Source of the DNA: Candidatus Aenigmatarchaeota archaeon
GTDB taxonomy: Archaea; Aenigmatarchaeota; Aenigmatarchaeia; Aenigmatarchaeales; JACQIB01
NCBI GenBank assembly: GCA_038999215.1
Contig: JAWABM010000015.1
Coordinates: 1-13,409 of the forward strand
Length of the DNA stretch: 13,409 bases
Reading direction: 5' to 3'
This document shows, in pieces, positions 1 through 6,881 of this stretch (the first letter of the stretch is position 1; each line of letters starts with the position of its first letter). The position numbers were made by a program, and so were the translations under genes. The notes below the pieces were generated by a model. That model had not been told where the DNA came from. It saw only the letters and a list, made by a program, of their open reading frames with translations, and did not search any database.

Positions 1-2
1 CG

Positions 3-2489
3 GCCGCAAGCAACCCCGAGATAGCGCAGCTTGCGGCAGGGACGTACGCTTACAAAGTGAACACGAGCAGCAACCAGAACTATTCCGCGAACAATACAGG
101 AGTCACTTATTATCTTAAGATAGACAAGGCAGCATCAAGCGTGTCGGTCGGCTTCGCGCCGTCCAACTCCGAGACTTACGGAACCCAGACGAACGCGACA
201 TGCAGCATAATTTCAGGCGATCCAAGCGCGACCCTGGCGCTGCAGAGGAACGGCAGCGGCGTGGCCAACCCCGATTCGGCAGTGCTCGGCGCAGGCGCAT
301 ACAACTACACCTGCACGTATGCGGAGTCAGAGAACTACACCGCAAGCGCCAGCCTGAGCAACTATCTCTCGATAGCAAGGGCTGACCCATCGACGTACCT
401 GAAGCTCGAGCTGCAGGGAGCGGAAAATGACGCTTCTGTAAACTATCCAGCAGCGAGCAACGCCACAGGCTACGCCACGTTGGCGGACAACCAAGACCTC
501 GTGTTCAACCTGTACAGGAACGGCACTCAAGTGGCTTCCGGCGACCCTGCGAGCGAAGTGCAGACGCTCGGCGCAGGAGCCTACAGCTATGTTTACAACA
601 CGTCCGGCGGAGCGAACTACACGGCAGGCACGAGCGCCGCAAGATATCTGACAGTCAACCAGACAGCGCTGGCTCTGTCATTCCTCTTCAACGGCACAGA
701 AGGCGACCTTGCGGTAAACTACAACACAACCATAAACATGACAGTCGCCTCAACGCCTTCAGGCAAGGCGGTGCAGATAAGGACAAACTACTCGAGCGGA
801 GGCGACAATTTATGGCACTCGGGAACCACGCCGACAGAAAAGATAAGCAATTACACAGTGAACGGAACGTGGAACTTCACGGCCGTCTTCCCCGGCGACC
901 AGAACTACACAGCAGCGAGCAAGACCCATTATCTCACTGTCTACCCGACGGACCTCGAGCCGCCGCAATGGTTCAACCAGAGCCAGGGCTCAAGCTCGCC
1001 GACGGCAGGCGGCTCCAACACGCTTTCCGCCTACTGGACCGACAACGTGCAGCTGGGCCACTACTGGGTCTCCACGAACGAGTCCGGCAACTGGACCAAC
1101 CGCTCCGCGGCTGCGTTCAGCGGCACAGGGAACTGGTCGAACTACAGCTGGAGCAACTCGTCGGTAGGCGCAGGAACGCTGGTATTATGGAAGATATACG
1201 CCAATGACACTTACGGCAACGAGAACGTCACAGACGCAATGAACTTCACTGTCGCCGCAGCTCCGCCGGCGCAGCCGCCTGGAGCCGGAGAAGCGCCGCC
1301 GTCAGTGCCGTCGGCGGGGGCCGGGCCGTCCGCCACGTTCGACGTGAAGATGTCCAAGTCTGAATACAGCAGGGACGAGAACGCGGAGCTGGTCTTCAGC
1401 GCGACCAACCCCGGCAGCTCATTCGACATGTACGCCGACATCACAATCACGAAGTCAGGCGAATCTTACAAGAGCCTCAAGACCACCAAGACGGTGCCAA
1501 ACGGCTCGCTTGAATGGACTGAGGCGATAGACGCAATAGAATGCTCGACGCCCTACGGCCAATACGACGTCTCGGTCAAACTATATTATACTGCCAATGA
1601 CAAGTTCATAAAGGAGGTGTCTCTGAGCTACAGCGTCTCCACCTGCACCGACGCGCACATAACCAAGCTCGTCACGGTCAAGTCAACGCACGAACCCAAT
1701 TCGACAATGAGCCTGCTCACAGCGGTAAAGAACATAGGGAACCGTGACATAAGCGAGGCGGTGCTGGAGCTGTTCATCTGCAACAAGGACGGAGATTGCG
1801 GGTCGAACAAGCTCACGAAGATAAAAGAATTCACGTTCGAACTCCCGGTCGGCGAATCGGTTGAGAACGGCTACAACCACAGCCTGGCCGGCCTCAAGGA
1901 AGGGCACTACGAGCTGAGGGCCACGCTCTCCGAGGGCGCGAACCTGCTCGACAGCAAGAAGATAGACTTCAGCATAAGCCTGCCGGCGGCGCCGATGGTG
2001 GACGTGGGAACAGTAGGCATAGCTGCCGGAGGGCTGCTGGCGGCGGCTGCGGTGACCTACCTGAGGAGGAAGGCCCTGCTGGTGGCGCCGAAGGTCATAG
2101 TCATAGTGAGGAACACCACGCACGTGACAATGACGGTGAAGAACAGGACGAAGAACAAGTTCAGGAACGTCGTACTGGAAGACACCATACCAGGCAAGCC
2201 GGCGGTGTCTGACATATCACCCAAGCCGTTCAAGGTTGTAAGATCGAACATCTACACAAAGATAATATGGAAGCTGAACGTGCATCCGAAGGGCAAGCTA
2301 AAGCTCAGGTACAAGATAGGAGCCAAGTTCAAGAAACTACCGAAGGCCAAGATAAGGAGCTACGAGAAGGTCGGGGAGAAGAAGCGTGCGGTCCCAAAGA
2401 AGCATATTGCGCCGAAAAAGCCGGCCGCTCCGAAGAAGCCCAAGGCCAAAAAGCCGGCGCAGAAGAGGGCAGGCAGGAAAAAGCAGTAA
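3..2489 (+). CDS. Large membrane-anchored surface glycoprotein with Ig-like repeats (5'-truncated by window edge)
   Basis: The frame is open back to position 3 (AASNPEIAQLAAGTYAYKV...), so GTG 57 is probably not the true start. It has many N-x-S/T sequons, ~85-97 aa repeats ending in G(A/T)(Y/W)..N-Y-(T/S)-A, a Pro/Ala linker, a hydrophobic helix at ~2004-2063 followed by RRK, and a basic C-terminal region. Confidence 0.8.
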   Translation, partial: AASNPEIAQLAAGTYAYKVNTSSNQNYSANNTGVTYYLKIDKAASSVSVGFAPSNSETYGTQTNATCSIISGDPSATLALQRNGSGVANPDSAVLGAGAYNYTCTYAESENYTASASLSNYLSIARADPSTYLKLELQGAENDASVNYPAASNATGYATLADNQDLVFNLYRNGTQVASGDPASEVQTLGAGAYSYVYNTSGGANYTAGTSAARYLTVNQTALALSFLFNGTEGDLAVNYNTTINMTVASTPSGKAVQIRTNYSSGGDNLWHSGTTPTEKISNYTVNGTWNFTAVFPGDQNYTAASKTHYLTVYPTDLEPPQWFNQSQGSSSPTAGGSNTLSAYWTDNVQLGHYWVSTNESGNWTNRSAAAFSGTGNWSNYSWSNSSVGAGTLVLWKIYANDTYGNENVTDAMNFTVAAAPPAQPPGAGEAPPSVPSAGAGPSATFDVKMSKSEYSRDENAELVFSATNPGSSFDMYADITITKSGESYKSLKTTKTVPNGSLEWTEAIDAIECSTPYGQYDVSVKLYYTANDKFIKEVSLSYSVSTCTDAHITKLVTVKSTHEPNSTMSLLTAVKNIGNRDISEAVLELFICNKDGDCGSNKLTKIKEFTFELPVGESVENGYNHSLAGLKEGHYELRATLSEGANLLDSKKIDFSISLPAAPMVDVGTVGIAAGGLLAAAAVTYLRRKALLVAPKVIVIVRNTTHVTMTVKNRTKNKFRNVVLEDTIPGKPAVSDISPKPFKVVRSNIYTKIIWKLNVHPKGKLKLRYKIGAKFKKLPKAKIRSYEKVGEKKRAVPKKHIAPKKPAAPKKPKAKKPAQKRAGRKKQ

Positions 2490-2491
2490 TC

Positions 2492-2499
2492 TTTAAATA
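2492..2499 (+). promoter_or_regulatory. TATA box for psmB-aCPSF1
   Basis: TTTAAATA just after the upstream stop codon. A GGTGA RBS at 2532-2536 lies 5 nt before ATG 2542. Confidence 0.6.
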
Positions 2500-2541
2500 G
2501 ATAGGTCTGCAACTAATCTTAGTAAATTTCTGGTGAGACAG

Positions 2542-3162
2542 ATGGACGAAAAGAAGACAGGAACAACGACGGTCGGCATAATCTGCAAGGACGGGGTCCT
2601 GCTGGCGACCGAGCGGAAGGCCACGATAGGCTACATGATAGACTCGAAGGTCTCGAGGAAGGTCTACCAGCTGGACGACCACATAGGCATGACAATAGCC
2701 GGAAGCGTCGGCGACGCCCTGTCGCTGGTGCGGCTGCTCAAGGCGCAATTCAAGCTCTACAAGCTCGAGAGGGGTCCGATAACCATGAGGGCGGCGGCCA
2801 CGCTGCTGTCGAACATACTGCAGGGAAGCAAGTGGATGCCGTTCATGAACCAGCTCATACTGGCGGGCTACGACTCCAACGGGCCGGGGCTGTACTCGCT
2901 GGATCCGGTGGGCGGATGGTCGAACCAGGACAATTATTATTCAACAGGCTCAGGAAGCCCGTTCGCTTACGGTGTGCTCGAATCGGACTACAAGGAGGGC
3001 CTGTCGCTTGATGAAGGCATCGAGCTGGCGCTGAGGGCAATAAGGAGCGCCGTAGGGAGGGACATAGCGTCGGGCGGCAACGGCTTCATGGTCGCGCTCA
3101 TGACAAAGGACGGCTACAGGGAACTGAGCGAAGCGGAAATCAAGAAGCACATGAAGCAGTAA
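2542..3162 (+). CDS. psmB: 20S proteasome beta subunit
   Basis: Short propeptide MDEKKTG followed by catalytic TTTVG, plus the TGSGS motif and GRDIASG. Start set at ATG 2542 behind GGTGA. Confidence 0.97.
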   Translation: MDEKKTGTTTVGIICKDGVLLATERKATIGYMIDSKVSRKVYQLDDHIGMTIAGSVGDALSLVRLLKAQFKLYKLERGPITMRAAATLLSNILQGSKWMPFMNQLILAGYDSNGPGLYSLDPVGGWSNQDNYYSTGSGSPFAYGVLESDYKEGLSLDEGIELALRAIRSAVGRDIASGGNGFMVALMTKDGYRELSEAEIKKHMKQ

Positions 3163-3191
3163 GAGCGGGCATTCTCAAAAAGACTGATCGC

Positions 3192-5072
3192 ATGGTTGAA
3201 ATAAAGACATCGGAGCTATTCGAAAAGATAAAGCAAGGCCTGCCGGCGGACGCGCAGATATCGGACATAAGGTTCGAGGGCTGCGAGGTGGTCCTGTACA
3301 CGAAGAGCAGGGAATTCTTCACCTCCAATTCTGACGCGATAAAAGGCATGGTAGGCAGCCTCAAGAAAAGGATAATCCTCAGGCCCGACCCCTCTATATG
3401 CGCGGACCCCGAGGAAGCGAGAAAGGCGGTGGACGAGCTCGTTCCGAAAGAGGCCGGAGTGAAGGAGGTGCTGTTCGAGCCCGATTTCGGGATAATGACG
3501 GTAGAGGCCGACAAACCGGGCCTTGTGATAGGCAAGGGCGGGGAGCTGCTGCGGGAGATAAGGAAGAGGACGTGCTGGCTGCCGCACGTGAAGCGCTCGC
3601 CGGCGATACCGAACGAGATAATCAAGACCCTGAGGGAGCTGATATACAAGGAGAGCAGCTTCAGGAAGGAGTTCCTTGACAAGGTCGGCAGAAGCATACA
3701 TTCGGGATGGAAGCAGACCGACTGGGTCAGGCTCACGGCCCTTGGAGGATTCAGGGAGGTAGGCCGCTCGGCCGTTCTCCTGCAGACGCCCGAAAGCAGC
3801 GTGCTGCTGGACTGCGGCATAAAGCCGGGGAACAACGAGCTGCCCTACTTGAACATACCGGAGTTCGACGTAAAGAAGCTCAACGCTGTCGTGCTCACGC
3901 ACGCGCACATGGACCATGCCGGCGCGATACCGATGCTCTACGAGTACGGCTGCGAGGCGCCGCTATATTGCACGGTGCCGACGCGCGACCTGATGGTGCT
4001 GCTCTGCATGGACTCGCTCAACCTCATGAACAAGGAAGGAAGGCAGGCGCTCTATTCCACTAAGGGCATAAAGGAGGCAGTGAAGCGCTGCATAACGCTC
4101 GAATACGACGAGGTCTCGGACATAACGCCCGACATGAGGCTGACGCTGCTCAACAGCGGCCACATACTCGGTTCGGCGCTCGCGCACATACACGTGGGAG
4201 ACGGGCTGCACAACATACTCTACACCAGCGACATAAAGTTCGACAGGACGGCCCTGTACGAAGCGGCCAGCACGAACTTCGCACGCGCGGAAACGGTGAT
4301 AACAGAAAGCACGTACGGCCTTTCCACGGACGTGCTGCCGAGAAGGGACGAAGCCGAGGGCATGCTCACAGAAGTGGTGAAGAGGACCCTGAAGCGCGGA
4401 GGCAAGGTGCTCATACCGTCGTTCGCGGTCGAGCGCTCGCAGGACCTCCAGGTCATACTTGAGAAGAACGGAATAGAATCCACAATATACCTGGACGGCA
4501 TGGTCTGGGACGCCACGGCCATACACACCACGTATCCCGAATACATGAACAGGGACCTGCAGAAGCAGATACTCCAGCAGGGCAAGAACCCCTTCCTTTC
4601 CCCCGTATTCAAGAGGATAGGCAGCCAGGACGAGAGGCAGAAGGTGCTCTCCAGCCATGAGCCTTGCGTGATAATAGCGACGAGCGGAATGCTCATAGGA
4701 GGGCCCAGCGTGTGGTGGCTCAGGAACCTGGCGGAGGACAAGAAGAACACGGTGATTTTTGTCGGCTACCAGTCCGAGGGCTCGCTCGGCCGCAGGATAC
4801 AGAAGGGCTGGAAGGAGGTTCCGATGGAGCAGGGCGGCAGGAACGTGGCGGTGCCGGTTAACTGCGAGGTGGCAACCGTCGAGGGCCTGTCAGGGCACAG
4901 CGACAGGAAGCAGCTGGTAAATTACCTGACAAGGCTGAGGCAGCGCCCCGAGAGGATAATAGTCAACCACGGAGAGGAGCGCAAGTGTATCGAGCTGGCG
5001 AGGGACCTGCACAAGATAATGCGCGTGGAGACGCTGGCGCCCAAGCTCCTGGAAACGATAAGGCTCAAGTAA
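3192..5072 (+). CDS. fttA: beta-CASP ribonuclease aCPSF1 / transcription termination factor FttA
   Basis: N-terminal KH domains (PGLVIGKGG), LGGFREVGRS, HAHMDH, GHILGS, ESTYG, SGHSD and NHGE motifs. The adjacency to psmB is conserved in archaea. Confidence 0.96.
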   Translation: MVEIKTSELFEKIKQGLPADAQISDIRFEGCEVVLYTKSREFFTSNSDAIKGMVGSLKKRIILRPDPSICADPEEARKAVDELVPKEAGVKEVLFEPDFGIMTVEADKPGLVIGKGGELLREIRKRTCWLPHVKRSPAIPNEIIKTLRELIYKESSFRKEFLDKVGRSIHSGWKQTDWVRLTALGGFREVGRSAVLLQTPESSVLLDCGIKPGNNELPYLNIPEFDVKKLNAVVLTHAHMDHAGAIPMLYEYGCEAPLYCTVPTRDLMVLLCMDSLNLMNKEGRQALYSTKGIKEAVKRCITLEYDEVSDITPDMRLTLLNSGHILGSALAHIHVGDGLHNILYTSDIKFDRTALYEAASTNFARAETVITESTYGLSTDVLPRRDEAEGMLTEVVKRTLKRGGKVLIPSFAVERSQDLQVILEKNGIESTIYLDGMVWDATAIHTTYPEYMNRDLQKQILQQGKNPFLSPVFKRIGSQDERQKVLSSHEPCVIIATSGMLIGGPSVWWLRNLAEDKKNTVIFVGYQSEGSLGRRIQKGWKEVPMEQGGRNVAVPVNCEVATVEGLSGHSDRKQLVNYLTRLRQRPERIIVNHGEERKCIELARDLHKIMRVETLAPKLLETIRLK

Positions 5073-5439
5073 ACTTCATCTTCGGCACGCAGAAAATCAG
5101 CGCGTACAGGGCGTCGCAGACGACATGGAACAGCACGCCGATGAACAGCGGGTAGTAAATGAAGTAAGCAAGCGCGCAGAAGAGCGGGTTGTGGAAAGGC
5201 ATGAGGAACCACATCTTGAGGCCCTTGGCGCCGTGGCTCTTGCCGAGCTCGCGGCAGTGGCACCAGACCTTCTTGGGGCTCGCTGTCCTGAGCCTCAGGC
5301 CGAACACTATCATGTGGTCCGCGTCGATGAGGACGGACGCAGCGAGCGCGAAAGCAGCCCCGAACGGCGTGAGAACGCCGAGAAAGCGCAGCGGCAGGAA
5401 GAACGCCAATCCGAGCAGCAAATGCCAGTGCGGCAACAT
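5065..5439 (-). CDS. Membrane-bound metal-dependent hydrolase (YdjM/DUF457-like)
   Basis: Hydrophobic 124-aa protein with an N-terminal His, IDADH, FHN and FHVVCD motifs, and GTGAT upstream. It overlaps the fttA end convergently by 8 nt. Confidence 0.7.
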   Translation of the reverse strand: MLPHWHLLLGLAFFLPLRFLGVLTPFGAAFALAASVLIDADHMIVFGLRLRTASPKKVWCHCRELGKSHGAKGLKMWFLMPFHNPLFCALAYFIYYPLFIGVLFHVVCDALYALIFCVPKMKFT

Positions 5440-5450
5440 ATCATCACAAA

Positions 5451-5529
5451 TGGTGGGCGGGAGGAGATTTGAACTCCTGACCTCTACGTTATCAGCGTAG
5501 CGCTGCTGACCAGGCTGAGCTACCCGCCC
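5451..5529 (-). tRNA. tRNA-Ile(GAU), CCA encoded
   Basis: Reverse complement has acceptor stem GGGCGGG/CCCGCCC, anticodon arm CTACG-CT-GAT-AA-CGTAG, T arm AGGAG-TTCAAAT-CTCCT and a terminal ACCA. Confidence 0.96.
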
Positions 5530-5554
5530 GCTAAACGAGAATATGGACGCGACA

Positions 5555-5563
5555 TTTATATAA
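5555..5563 (-). promoter_or_regulatory. TATA box for tRNA-Ile
   Basis: TTATATAAA on the minus strand 26-34 nt upstream of the tRNA 5' end, immediately after the tRNA-Ala CCA. Confidence 0.6.
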
Positions 5564-5565
5564 GT

Positions 5566-5640
5566 TGGTGGACCGGGTGGGATTCGAACCCACGAACTCT
5601 TGCTTGCGAAGCAAGCGTCATTCCACTAGACCACCGGCCC
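5566..5640 (-). tRNA. tRNA-Ala(CGC), CCA encoded
   Basis: Acceptor stem GGGCCGG/CCGGTCC with the G3:U70 Ala identity pair, anticodon arm CTTGC-TT-CGC-AA-GCAAG, T arm GTGGG-TTCGAAT-CCCAC and a terminal ACCA. Confidence 0.97.
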
Positions 5641-5680
5641 GTTAATCCCTATATATTGGGGCTAGTATTAATTTTTATAC
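5641..5680. promoter_or_regulatory. Divergent promoter region (tRNA-Ala / DUF192)
   Basis: 40-bp AT-rich gap. TATATATT at 5650-5657 (+) starts 31 nt before ATG 5681, and AATTAATA lies on the minus strand at 5666-5673. Confidence 0.5.
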
Positions 5681-6151
5681 ATGAAACACGGGGGCATCGC
5701 CGCGGCAATAGCGGCCATAGTGCTGGCAGCGGCGTTCCTGATGATATTGAACAAGCCGAGCGAGACGATTTCTGTGGCCATAGGCGGCAAGGCGAGCATA
5801 GCTGCAGAGGTGGCCTATACCAGCGAGGAAAGGGAAAGGGGCCTCATGCACAGGAGCGGGCTGCCGGAAGGCAGCGGAATGATATTCATCTTCGACAAGG
5901 AGGGCTCGTATAATTTCTGGATGAAGAACATGAGGTTCCCGATAGACATAATATGGGTGAACCAGCATTGCTCCGTCGTCTTCCTGACAAATGGCGCGCC
6001 GCCGTGCGCCGCAGAGCCCTGCAAATTGTACTCCGCGGACGAGCCGGTAAAGTACGTGATAGAGGTGCCTGCTGGCTATGCCGGCAGGCACGGCATAAGC
6101 GCCGGGGACGAGGCAGCCTTCGCTTGGAATGGCTTCAGGTGTCCGGAATGA
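5681..6151 (+). CDS. DUF192 family protein
   Basis: N-terminal hydrophobic anchor followed by ERERGLMHR, GMIFIF, FWMKNMRFPIDIIW and YVIEVPAG, the DUF192 signature. Confidence 0.92.
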   Translation: MKHGGIAAAIAAIVLAAAFLMILNKPSETISVAIGGKASIAAEVAYTSEERERGLMHRSGLPEGSGMIFIFDKEGSYNFWMKNMRFPIDIIWVNQHCSVVFLTNGAPPCAAEPCKLYSADEPVKYVIEVPAGYAGRHGISAGDEAAFAWNGFRCPE

Positions 6152-6849
6152 GGATAGCAGCAGTCGCAGACATAGACTTCGGCGGCTCGATGGAGCTGTT
6201 CAGCAAGGAGCTGCAAAAGGCAAAGGAGCCTGACCTGCTTCTGTTAGCCGGGGACATGTGCGACTTCGGGCAGTACGGCCAGTACAAGGAGATACTTGCG
6301 AAGATAAGGAAAGCCGGCTGGAAATGCCCGATATACGCCTGCTTCGGGAACAAGGAGTTCGAGCAGGACCATGCGAAGCTGAAGAAGCGCTACCCGGAAA
6401 TAATCTTCCTGGACGACGAGAAGTCCGAGTTCACGGCGGCGGGAACAAAGGTCGGCATAGTAGGCAGCAAAGGGTGCCTGGACGCGCCGACATTCTGGCA
6501 ATCCCGCAACGTGATCGGCATAAGGGACGAATACAGCAGGCGTCTGGCGCTGCTGGAAAAGCTGATGAAAAGCCTGAAGGGCGAGGTGAAGATACTGCTC
6601 ACGCACTATGCGCCGACCTACAGGACCTTGGAAGGAGAGGACGCAAGGATATGGAAGGTGCTCGGCACGAGCAAGCTCGAGGAGCCGATGGAAGAGGCCG
6701 GCATAACTCTGGCGGTTCACGGGCACGCGCATTACGGCTCGCCGCTCGGCTTTGTAGGAAGGATACCCGTGTTCAACGTGGCGCTTCCGGTGAACAGAAA
6801 GATAGTAGTCGTGGACACCGACAGGCTTCCGAAGCCGGCGAAGGGCTAA
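6148..6849 (+). CDS. Calcineurin-like metallophosphoesterase
   Basis: The true start is MRIAAVAD at ATG 6148, an ATGA overlap with the DUF192 stop. Motifs are AGDMCD, FGNKE, THYAP and HGHAH. Confidence 0.88.
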   Translation: MRIAAVADIDFGGSMELFSKELQKAKEPDLLLLAGDMCDFGQYGQYKEILAKIRKAGWKCPIYACFGNKEFEQDHAKLKKRYPEIIFLDDEKSEFTAAGTKVGIVGSKGCLDAPTFWQSRNVIGIRDEYSRRLALLEKLMKSLKGEVKILLTHYAPTYRTLEGEDARIWKVLGTSKLEEPMEEAGITLAVHGHAHYGSPLGFVGRIPVFNVALPVNRKIVVVDTDRLPKPAKG

Positions 6850-6852
6850 AGG

Positions 6853-6860
6853 TTTAAATT
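6853..6860 (+). promoter_or_regulatory. TATA box for leaderless valS
   Basis: TTTAAATT preceded by AAAGG (BRE-like), starting 29 nt before ATG 6882. No RBS is present. Confidence 0.65.
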
Positions 6861-6881
6861 CTCTTTTGCCAACTATTGGCT

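Noticed and set aside
2512..2523. Short palindrome ACTAA-TC-TTAGT in the psmB promoter (also TTACG-G-CGTAA near 10685)
   Set aside because: 5-bp arms are within chance expectation, and the spacing differs from the shared microprotein promoter motif.
5451..5640. tRNAs as integration sites for a mobile element
   Set aside because: No integrase, duplicated tRNA 3' end or compositional shift is seen in the window.
5953..6147. N-terminal extension of the metallophosphoesterase in the ORF track
   Set aside because: It overlaps DUF192 out of frame, and the fold begins at MRIAAVAD (6148).
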